From contig JBBPEB010000004.1 in the NCBI GenBank assembly GCA_039096225.1, positions 1,054,001 to 1,118,000 on the forward strand: DNA of 64,000 nucleotides, in the 5' to 3' direction. Positions within the stretch are counted from its first letter, which is position 1; every line of letters starts with the position of its first letter. Positions 28,201 to 50,308 of the stretch are shown here, in pieces. The notes under the pieces are model-generated. The model had not been told where the DNA came from. It saw only the letters and a list, made by a program, of their open reading frames with translations, and ran no database searches. The stretch is from Blastocystis sp. Blastoise. Its lineage: Eukaryota > Protista > Bigyra: Opalinata. A program made the position numbers and the translations under genes.

Positions 28201-29272
28201 TGCTTGTTAATGATGAAAATATAAACAAAAAACAAATGAAAACTTTTTAAGAAAATTTTTTGAAAGTCATTTTTTATTGAGTTCAACTATTGACTCTTGT
28301 CACCTGAGTTTTCAATTAATTAAAAAAATGAAAAATATGTATCTGCTATGACATGTCTAGTTTCTAAATATGTTTTAACTTTTTTATTTTATTAAGAATT
28401 GATTGAGAAATCACAATAACAAACTATACCCTTTTTTGAAAATTTTCATTTTTATGTTTTTCATATAAATGAATGTTTCTCAGTCAATATTAAATATTTA
28501 GATAAAATAAAAAATATGTATCTGCAATAGCTTATCTTAATTATGACTATACTTTTATTTTTAAAAAATACCCAAAACTCAAGGAGAAAGACGAATAACA
28601 AACTATACTATCAAAACATCAAAATTTCTATTATCAAATATTTTCTTATTAAAACTTTTTAAACAACTAAAAGATATACTTATGACATGTATTGATTCTA
28701 AATAACTTGAATAAACTCAAATAAGTTTATAAAGAAGGAATGTGTTGGATATCAGTTTGTCTTTTGTCGTTATTTAAAGGAATTATTGTTGTTTTAGAGT
28801 AGTTGAGGTCAGTATCATTGCATATAAAATGGTTTTAGAGTTTATAGTTAGTGATCTGTGTATTGATATGTTGTCAACTTCTAAATATAAACAAATTTAC
28901 CCGTCAAAACTATTTATTAGATTAACCCGTCAATAAAAGTTAATTTTATAAAAATAAATATAAAGAATGTGAGTAGATATAGAAAAAATAAGAAAACAAT
29001 AAAAAATGAAAAACGAAAAATAAGTGTTTTTATAAAAATGAAAAATATTGGCTAAAATAGAAATAATCCAATAATTTTGGTTAAAATTTTGTGCGAAAAT
29101 GGTTTTTTGCGTTTTTTAGCCAGAAATTTAGAGTTTTCGAAAAATTTCTTTAACAGTCATTTTCAGAATTGTGTTCCGGTTTTTATGATGTTATTTTTAT
29201 TTTATAAAAGTTAATAACAAAGTCAATAAATGTGAAAGTGTGTGAGACACAGTACGCTACATGAACTAAATT
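25238..29272. mobile_element. Long non-coding repeat, copy 2 (4035 bp), same orientation as copy 1
   Basis: Same termini as copy 1; the length difference is almost entirely the shorter microsatellite. No flanking duplication seen. Confidence 0.75.
25646..25752. repeat. (TTTCTA)n microsatellite, short version in copy 2
   Basis: Directly visible at the position homologous to 14907..15432. Confidence 0.95.
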
Positions 29273-30893
29273 AAGGATATTAATTTTTTTTTATATTTAT
29301 TTTATGTTTATTCAGTATGAATTAATAACGTTATATATCTTTAGTAATTCTTGATCTTATATAGGACGATGACTGATGTAGCCGTTCTTGTGTCACATAT
29401 TTATCTCTGTATGTATGTTTTTAATTCCTTGTTTTTGATTATTTTATTTTATAGTTAAGACTCTATCATGGTTGATGTGATTATTATTTTTGCTAAACAT
29501 TATTATAATTGTAAATATATTTCTTATATTCTTTTTTATAATATAATTAATTACTATCATATATAGGTTATTCGTTTGTACTATTTTATTAAAAATTATA
29601 CTTACGCTTGTATATATTTATATATTTGTAATCTAATTTTCTTTTCTTTTATAGTTAATACTTAATTATGATTTAGACTTAAATATATCTGTTCCAACCA
29701 ACTATATTGGTAAATATTTGTATGTATATAATTAAAATTAATACTATTTTCACTAATTTATATATTATTTTATAGGATTGAGAAAGGATTAAATTACAAA
29801 ATATATTTTATAATTTAAATATTATTTTTATAATTAATTGCTATTTATTTTATAATTAATTATTATTTATTTATAGGCATAAAACTGTACTTCATGATCT
29901 ATATGATTAATTATAAACAAATATCTTTCATTAAATATATATTTACGATATTTTTATTATTTAAATTGTTATCATTATCTATTCTATTAATATTAAGAGT
30001 TTTGTTTTCTATTATATACAGAAGTTATAAATATGTTTAAAAACACTGATAATTATTAAAAAGATAATTACTTTTATTGAAACACTAAAATTATTTTCGA
30101 ATAAATAGAATGCTCTATATAAGAAATTTTGGACATTTTATTGGCTCCCATTATGAATATTCTTAATTTTATTGGATTATTATTTTGCTTACTTCAATAG
30201 AATGTTAGAAGTTTGCTTTATTTCCCAAGGGGATGACTATGATAATATCTTAAATAATCTGAAAAATAATTAGTTGGAATTTCTCATGTATCGCTTTTTT
30301 CCTCCCGTGAAAAAAGACTAATAGTGTTAACTTTCATTGCATACTAGAATCTTGATTTTAGTAATCTCTATAGATATTATAAGCCTATGAGAATATTATA
30401 AATGAATAAAGTGATTCATCTATACTTTTTCGTAATCGATTTGATCGCCAATATGAATTAAATGACTGTCCTAATCCATGTCTTGTTACATAAAATTGAT
30501 ATAGATATGTTATAATGATAATCAACGATAATTATTTTTAAACACGAAAACATAACACGAAAAGTCTCTTGTCAAAAGGAGGGAAATCGAAAATAAATAT
30601 GAATGAATCGTAAAAGTAATTATTTATATTTAAAATGGTTATATATATTAAATTAAGATGTAAATGAGTTGAATATTCTATCAAATATATTATTTTATCT
30701 TTAGAATGATGGAGATAGAAAAGAATATACTTTTTCAATGATAAAAAACAAAGATTTGATCAATCATGAATTGAATTGTATGTTATTCTTAATAATTCAT
30801 AAATTAATACAAAACTATTTATGAAAAAAACAAATATATATTAATATATCCATATATAATAAATCAATTAATTATATATAGATAGATATCGAT

Positions 30894-38729
<7,836 letters not shown>

Positions 38730-39320
38730 TTTCTTTATTCTTCTTCAATAAAACTATTTATAAAGAGATAAAAATATTCTTATAATCTTCCAAAAATCAA
38801 TTACAAAGAATTGAAATATTTAAAAAATAATAGAAATAAATATTTTCTTATTAGAATCATATTGATATAATACAAAATAGAGAAAGGAATACTAACTCAA
38901 ATTATCAAGTTTCACAAAACTCGTTTGTTTTAAATAGATTTCGATGAAAAAACATGGTTATTTTAGATAGAGAGACGAATAGTATTTGATGAACGAGTTA
39001 TTGAACGAATAAATACCAATAGAAAAATAGAAATGAGAAATAACAGAGATTAATTCGATAAAGAAGATAGATGAAGAGATTTGTAAGGAAACAAGTTTTA
39101 TAAAAGACAAGTGGTCGAATGAAGAAAGGAATTGAGTAAGAAGAAAATAATCAAGTTTTAAAATGAGCGGGAAAATCAATTAGTTGTTTTTCAATTGATT
39201 AAAGGATAAAATAAGTCATTATGTTATTTAATTTTATTTGATGGATTCAAAAGAAATGAATTGAATCAAAGATTGAGTGACAGAATATTATTATTTCATT
39301 TTTAAAATGATAAAAAGTAA

Positions 39321-39393
39321 AGCCTCAAGGGAGGATCGAACTCTCGACCTTTCGCTTACTAAGCGAGTGCTCTACCAACTGAGCTATTGAGGC
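39321..39393 (-). tRNA. tRNA-Thr(AGT)
   Basis: GCCTCAATAGCTCAGTTGGTAGAGCACTCGCTTAGTAAGCGAAAGGTCGAGAGTTCGATCCTCCCTTGAGGCT folds as a cloverleaf with a 7-bp acceptor stem, anticodon loop TT-AGT-AA and TTCGA T-loop; a T-run terminator follows. Confidence 0.96.
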
Positions 39394-40240
39394 AATTCTA
39401 TTCATTTCTCTCTTCTTCACTCCTTCTATATTCTACTTTTATCTCAATTCATCATCTTTCTATTTCTCATCAGTTACTATTCTTTATAATATCTAAATTG
39501 TTGTTATTATTATTCAACTGTTTATTTTATGTCAAAAAGACAATTATTCATTATTGTTCTTTCAAGTATTTCGCAAAAAGAAAATTAAAACTCTTAATAA
39601 TCTCATCTATATTGTCAATATATTATTTTCATGTTATTTTAGAATACTTAGAATGATATATTTCACAAATTATTCTAATGATCATCATAAGTTTCTACAA
39701 GAATTTTATTTATTAATTAAAAAATATCTTCAATGAATAGAAGTCGAAGTATACAATATAAAAATCATTTTTCTAAGAATAAATAAAGCAAACTATATAT
39801 TGAATATGAAAAATCAAATTATTGAAATAGATTTCTTTTAAAAATTTTACTTTTTATGAAGAATTTCTTATAATTTTTTATTTATCGTTTATTATCAACA
39901 AAATTAATCTATTTTCAAAATCACAACACTATTTTATATACGTTCAGATAGAAATTAGCAAATAAAAAAGAGAGAGAGAATGAGAAATTATACACATAAC
40001 TAATAAGATTGAATTAATATTGTACCATCTTAATAAGAAAGTATTAATATATATAATAAATATACTTTAAGATAGACAAGAAGAAAGTATGACAAAAAAT
40101 AGAAGATTATATAAAAGAAGAATACTAGAAAACAAGTATTATTTATATAATAACTGGAGAAAACTCATATAAAATTAAATATATATATTTTACATTAAAA
40201 ATAGATAAGAAAGAATTACATGTACAAAAAAAAATTTCTT

Positions 40241-42234
<1,994 letters not shown>

Positions 42235-42553
42235 TATTCAATCTTAAATCACATATTAAGTATTAACATACTTTTCAATTATTCTGAATCAATTATTTAA
42301 AAAAAATTAAAATCATAAGATAATTAAAGAGAAAAACAATGTTCTCTCTTTATTAGACAACTTTTTTTCTTTCTTTTTATTTCTGTTAATCACTACTATC
42401 TTCCTTGAGAATTGAAAAATTACCATGAAATTTTTTTAATAATTATTTTTCTATTTATTTGCCTTCTCAATTGTATCCTATACATAATTTTGCCTTTTCT
42501 TAGTTATAAAGGTAGGTATAAAGCGTGGTATCTATTAGAAACAACAATTCAAC

Positions 42554-44639
42554 ATGAATGTAGCTAATCCTTTTTTCTCAAAAGTCAGTATGAGGAAAGC
42601 TAATTCATCTCAATCATTCAATTTAAAAGACGAATTAATACCCTTTATAAATTATATCAATATATGTATTTTTTTTGAATCATTTGTTATTTCTTGACTA
42701 TCTACTCCGAAGGAAAGCAAACCATATTAAGAGATTTGTATATATTATTTATATAAAATATTATGTGTCTTTGTATAGTTTGAATTCTACAGTATCTCAT
42801 GCAGTTACTCAAAATGTTCCTCTAATCAATCCAAACATCACTTTTGTGACATTAATAAAACTATTTAGTTACCTTGAGTATTTAAATTTTAGATATATGT
42901 AATTCTATGAAGATTTATTACAAATTAAATTCCAAAAATATTTAAAAATTTATTTTTTTAAATATAATTTGATATAATTCTATAGAACAGATCTTATATT
43001 GCTTCCTTGTGAAGATTCAATTCGAATATTCTCCATTTCTACGATTCTGTCTACTTTATCAGATCCAGAAATCTATACAAAAATACAAAATGAATCGTCT
43101 TCTTTGAAATCAGGTCTAGATCCAGTAGAATCCTTTGATTCTATTGGATTACGATATATAGATTATGATGAACCAGTGTATATCAAACAAACTGGAACTA
43201 TTCAACAAGCAATTCAATTATTACAAGTATACATTCTTTATAATCAAAATATATTTTTATATGATTCTATATATACATTTTTGAAAATATCAGATTCTAT
43301 TTTTATATTAATGAGTTGCACTTTAACTAAATACTATATCTATTTCTATATAATATTAATATAAAGACAACTCCCTTATTGTTACTAGAAGAAGAACGAA
43401 CTAGATATATACATTTATCATTTGAAACTTTAAATGGAACTGTATTGAATTATATATTTATTAATGTTATTACTCGATCTCAACTGTATCTTATGCTCTC
43501 TCAAAATATTATCTCAGTAAATACATAATTATATATATTCATTTGTGTTATAATCTCTATATTTTTTCTAAATATATATTTTGTGATTCATTATATGGAT
43601 GTTATTTGTATTATATTCTCTATGTATATATATTCTATTTGATATTAAAAAACAATTATAAAATCGATTGCCATGTTTTATTTATTTATATCAATGCTAT
43701 ATATATTTATATAAATAATAATATATAGCGTCATATGTCTGATTATTCTAGTTCACAGCAATTAAGTATATTTGATTCTCGATCTAAAGAGAAGAAACAG
43801 AGATCTATTATGCAGGGAAATATGTCATCTCATTCTATTACTTCTCCTCGCCAAACACCTTCTTCAATTAATCATTCTACTAGCTCTTCTATGATAGTAC
43901 GTAAAACACCTTTAGGAACAACTTCTTCTTCCTCTACTACTCAAATCAGATCGCAAACTCCTGCTACTCCTGCTACTACTGCTACTACTACTCTCTATAC
44001 CCAGTCAAACCCAAATTTAAATCAATCTCCGTCAATACCCACATTATCAAACCAATCTCCTCAACCTATGTCTTCAAATCAATTAATTCCTCTAAATAAC
44101 CGTGGGAATGCATCGAGTAAAAGTATAGTATCCGATACACATAGTCAGACTATAATAACTAATGCAGATCAATATAGCTTCTCTTCAGGAAATAATCTAC
44201 CTACTGTTAATCCACTTGCAATATCTAGTTCTACTCTGTATATTTATATATATTTAAATCTTTTTTATTATATATTCTATTTATATATTCTATATTCTAT
44301 TTATATATTATATATAATACTTATATATTCTATATTATATGTATATTCTATATTATACTTATTTATCTATATATAATATATAGACTTGTAAATGATTCTA
44401 TGACCATAAGTTCACCACAATTAATTGATGAAAATATTACGCATGACGTATCACATGATGCGTCACATGATGCGTCACAACCACCTTCAACTGAATCAAC
44501 GCCTTCAACTTCTAAAAGATGTTTACCCAAGCTGTTAGCTTTCCTTGTACGGTGTGTAAATAAAATCATGAATATTGATTTTGCACCTCTTTTTCTTTTT
44601 ATAAAGAAACTCACTTTGAATATTTGTATATATATTCTG

Positions 44640-44674
<35 letters not shown>

Positions 44675-44759
44675 TGTAATGTTATTAATGCTGGTATTTT
44701 ATTATGCGGAACTTATTTTGTGTTTCTTAAATATGCTTGATATATATGATTATTCCCAT

Positions 44760-44802
<43 letters not shown>

Positions 44803-46754
44803 TGTATATATATATAGTCAATTGATAGTTATATCTTCATTATTCTTTTCAATTGAAACCATTCTCCAATCGTGGACTACACCTACTTTATTCAAACGAG
44901 AAACAGCTGTATATATATTCTATTATTAATTATTATATATAATATATAATATTTATTATTATAATAATAAATCAATATTTATATATATATTCTATTGAAT
45001 AATATTTATATATATAATTTCTATACATATTATTCTATATATCTACTTATAATAGTAATCATATATTATATCCTATTCTATCTCCTTCTCTCTATAGACT
45101 CTTAATCTCTATATATATATGGGATCTTATATGATGTCTTCTATTGATTGTGTTGCCACTTTCTGTTTCGCTTTATCCAAAATACTCATTCTCTCTCGAT
45201 TCCTTACCTTCTGGAATGTATTATTATTATTATATATATATATAGAGAGAGAGATATAAATACTGTTCAATATATTTTAAATACTTGCTATTAAATATAT
45301 ATATATATAGTTATTATCTGTGCGTCAAACCTATACAAGTAACGCGATTCGAAGAACATTTAATAAGAGTAGAAATCGACTGAAATATCAAAAGAATGAA
45401 CTGGATATTACTTATATTACTTGTATATATATTATGTTTATTATTATTATTCCTATAATATCAATAGTATTTTATTGTTTAATATATATATATTATTATT
45501 TAGATTAGTATATTTTTCTTTTATATATGAATAGCATATTTATATATATATATATATATATATCTTTATCTATAAATGTCAATATCAATATCTATATATA
45601 TATATCCTTCTTATCCTCTGTTTCTTATAGCGCGTATATTAGCTATGTCTTGGCCGGGATCTAATCTATCCACAATGTGGAGAAATAAAATGGAAGATGT
45701 TGAAGAATATCTTAATAAAGAATTTAAAGGCAATTATAAAGTGTATATATATACTATAATTACAAGTAAAAGTATTATTAGTATTGATATATTGTGGTTT
45801 TCTCTTATTCTCTCTCTCTATATATAGGTATAATTTGTGTGCTGAGGGTGCATATCCAAAGAGGGACGTCCCTCCTTTTGGCGGGAGATATGAAAATATT
45901 AAAGTTTATGATCACAATGCGACTACACTAAGTATATATATATATATATATTAAATAATATTTGTGTATATAGAAAATGTTGTATATTTTGTGAAATCGG
46001 CAAATGATTGGCTGAATCGCGGGAATAGTAATGCTGTCGTTGTGCATTGCAAAGTATATATTATATACTTCATATACTATTCTATTATATATATATTTTT
46101 ATTATTATATTATAATTATACTATTATTGTTTTTTATTATTTTTATAATTATAATAATAATAATTGCTATATTATTATTATTATTATTATTATTATATCA
46201 TTATTATTATTATTATCATCATATTATACGCTATTATATATATATATGTATATAGGGTGGAAAAGGAAGAACGGGAATGATGATTGCCTGTCTTCTCCTG
46301 AAATTATGCGTATGTACTGATGTCGAAGAAGCCCTCTCTTTCTTTGCCGCCAAAAGAACCGCGGATATTGATAAAGAAGATACAGATGAAGATGATAGAA
46401 AATGGGAGGAAGAAGCGGGAGAATTCATATTCCCATTTGTTGGCGGGAACATCAAGGTACAACGAGTTACAAGTATATATATATATAATATTTATATTAT
46501 GATATTTTATATAATATATATATATAATATTTATATTATGATATTTTATATAATATATATATATAATATTTATATAATGATATTTTTTATAATATATATA
46601 TAATATTTATATTATGATATTTTATATATATATATATATATAGGTCCGAGTCAGATTCGATATGTCGGTTATTATCATACATATATAAGTGAAGGGCATA
46701 TGCGACCTCGACGACCTCTCTATATCAACCAAATCATTATTGAAGTATATATAT

Positions 46755-46822
<68 letters not shown>

Positions 46823-49800
46823 GATTTATTTATAATGATTCATATATATATATATAGACTGGAGAAAAGTCAAAAATTGATTTCTCTGTAGACATTTTCC
46901 AAGTATATATATATGGTTTATTCTCTTTAAATAATATATATATATATAAAGAATGGTGATCCTTCATTGCCTCTTCTTGCTGACGCGCACTTCACACTTC
47001 AGAATCCCTCTAAACAAGAGGAACAAAAACGATTGATTGGAGAGTTTCGAAAGGGTACAAAAGAAGTGAAAGAAGTTCTTATACATCAATATATATACAA
47101 AAGTGATAAAAACAATAATCCTATATATTCTGTATATATATATATATGTATTGCTTTCTTATGATATGATTGTTTTTATTATCGATAATTACTTATGCTA
47201 TATATATATATATATATATAGGATGATATAAAGATATGTTTTATGATACATTCTGTATCTCCATATGTCGGCTTCTTCTGCTGGGTTAATACAAGGTATA
47301 TATATATATATTATCTATTTTATTATACATAAAAAACTATTCAATATATATCTATTCATATTTTTATAAACATAGTATCTATTCATTATATATATATTAT
47401 CTCTTTTATTATACATATAAAACTATTTGATATATATCTATTCGTTATATATATAGATATATTGATGATAATCCTGCCTGCTTTCATGCTGAAGATTTAG
47501 ATATGTCTTCACGTGCAAGCGATGATTTTAAAAAATCAATGTATATTATTCTATATATATTATATATATATATTTTTTATTTAGCATATAATAATAATAA
47601 TAATGATAATAATAATATATATAGTGAGAATAAGACATTTACAATTAAAATTGAATTCCGTTCCTATATTCGTACAATGCACGTTACTCCAAGTATGAAG
47701 AGTTTCGGTATTCCATTTTCGAAATCGCATGCGTCATTTCCCGCCCTTTCTTCCCTCTCTACATCGACATCCATTCGTTCTCAATATTATTTACACAACG
47801 CTATTAAAGAAGATTATAAGGATGATGCTATTACTAAAGTAACAGAAGAAGAAGAAGAAGAAGAGTTTTATATTGATGGAGATAAAGATACTTCTGTAAA
47901 AATCAGAAAACTCAATCCTTTCTTAATCAATCTGAATTCTGTTCATTTAAATCCACCCAGTACTATTCTAGAAGATTCTACAGAATTGAAAACGATGAAA
48001 TCACCATTAGATATATCTAAACAGAAGAGTGCGTCATCTAAAACTATGGATAAATCATTTACAAAACACAGTTCAAACACAAATACAGGATCTCAACGAT
48101 TCATTCACCCATTAGATCCATTCCCGCCATCCCCCACTGAGATTCCCGCCACATTAACATCAGATACTAGTAATTCTTTAGAGACTAGTTCTTCTAGTGA
48201 TACTAGTGATACTAGTGATACTAGTGATAGTAATGACAGTAATGATAGTAATGACAGTAATGACAGTAATGACAGTAATACTAGTGATGAATATGATAAC
48301 GAGGAGTATGATGAAAGTAGTGATGAATCTAGTGATCGTGTCTCTATATCAGGGAATAATCACGGGAATAAACAGAAGCATACGCAACAAGATCGAAGAA
48401 ATACAATAGGAAACACGAAAGTGACGCAAGCTGTGTCACGTCCATCTAGCGGAGTTGTAACTGATAAGTCTGTATATAGTAAGAATAATACGATTAATAA
48501 TAATAATAATAATACTAAAAGTAAAATAGATACTCCTAATAATAAGGCGAATAGTAACAATAATGCTAACAATAATGCTAACAATAATGCTAACAATAAT
48601 GCTAACAATAATGCTAACAATACATCAAAACTAGCAAATAGACAATCTCTGGATCATCCTTATAATAATCAAAAATCAAAAGATACTCAAATTTCTTCAA
48701 AGACTATTTTATTTAATAATAATAAAAAGCCCCTTTCACCTAAACCTATGTCGCCAACTATCCCACTCAATACTCCATCGCAAAAAAATCAAAAATCACG
48801 TTCAAAACCAAATACTCCCGTGGGAATCCCTCGCATCTCTCCTAATACAATAACTATAAATAGTAAATCCAATGAGAATAAAAGTGTTAATACATCAACA
48901 ATATCTTCTTCACCTCTTCTTATCAATAAATCACATGATAATCCATCAGTCTCTCTGCAATATCCTTCTTTTCCTCCTCATTCTTCAAGTATCACTATAT
49001 CATCTAGTCCTTGTCTCTCTTCTCCTTCTTATAATCCTATTCTTTCTACTACTACTAATAATACGAATAATAATTCTAATAATAATGCTAATAATAATTC
49101 TAATAATAATTCTAATAATAATTCTAATAATACTAATAATAATAATACTACTACTACTAATAATAATAATAATAATAATAATCGACTTATCCCTTCATCT
49201 CCTTCTCCTTCTCCTTCTCCTACTCCTCGTCTAAAGCGACTTCAGTCTCCTTTCTTCTCTCCTCCTGTTCGACCTACATATAATTATTCCTATCCTATGC
49301 CTCCTCCTATATCTGTTACTCCCGCGGTTATGAGTAATAGAAATCAACAAGATTATATTGACTATAGTATACCTCCACCACTCCCTCCAAAAACATGTAA
49401 TTTTAATAATCCTTCGTCTTCACGTTCTGTGAATATTTCTAGTCCTATTTTCTCTACACCATCTCTAGCTATGCATAGTATGTCTCCTTCTTATCCTATA
49501 TATACAAATAATATGTATTCATCACCATCTATTCGACGACCTTCTTCTTCATCTTTATTAAAAACACAAATTCAATTTATTCCACATCTATCTGCACAAC
49601 CTCTTTATCCTTCTCATCCTTCTTTCCCTAATTCTTCTTCTTCTATCTCTCTTGAATATAACAAGAAACCTATACTGTCTAAGAATATAAATGAACAAAA
49701 TATTCAAAGACATTCGACAACTGTAAATAAGAATAATAATGATAGTTTTGATGAGTTTGCTGATCTTAATTATATACCTTCTGGAATACGAAAAGATTTA

Positions 49801-49884
49801 TTATCACAAGACCCCAAATTGAAAAGAAGATCGAAATCAATTCAACCATTATTCTCAAATCGAATACCTAAAGAAAAAACATAA
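42554..49884 (+). CDS. Voltage-sensing-phosphatase/TPTE-like PTEN-family phosphoinositide phosphatase with TM domain, C2 domain and a long S/N/P-rich tail (5' exons uncertain)
   Basis: LDITYITSRILAMSWP, WRNKMEDV, YKVYNLCAE, DHN, spliced P-loop HCK|GGKGRTG (intron 46054-46255), FAAKRT, PSQIRYVGYY. Hydrophobic exons at 44.5-45.2 kb lie upstream. Confidence 0.85.
46473..46642. repeat. Intronic minisatellite, about 33-nt unit
   Basis: ATATATATATAATATTTATATTATGATATTTTAT-like unit repeated 4-5 times inside a phosphatase intron. Confidence 0.8.
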
Positions 49885-50308
49885 TTCAAATTTACTTTTT
49901 TAAACAAATATTTATTTAGTATAGTTTTATTATGTTAATTATAACATGTTTTCATTCTTTTTCTTTTCATTTTTTCTTCTTTTTATATTTATTTTGGTAA
50001 TTACATTGTTTTATTATTGTTACTTTTGTTGTTTAAATAAACTAATGATACTATATAATACTATTGTATATGTATTCCATGACTGAATTAAGCAGTCTTG
50101 TGCATAACACGTTATAGTGCTAATAATTCTTTTATAAAACTAGAAACAACTTCGTTGTATATTTACTTTTTAATTAAATTTAAAAATATATACGTATAGG
50201 CAAAAACAGACATTAAATGAAAAAGATAGAAAATTCAAAGCAAATAAAAGCATATATAAATCTAAATAGGTATGATATATCTTGGATAAAAAACATGTGA
50301 GAATTCAT

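Noticed and set aside
14492-29272. LTR retrotransposon interpretation
   Set aside because: No gag, RT, RNase H or integrase ORF, no TG..CA ends and no primer-binding site; the internal enzyme is a CMC-type transposase.
29362-29391. Possible second hairpin-plus-CTTGT end (AGGACG...CGTTCTTGT)
   Set aside because: The stem has several mismatches and there is no further homology; too weak to call.
30100-30500. Exon-like fragments
   Set aside because: Multiple stops and no recognisable family.
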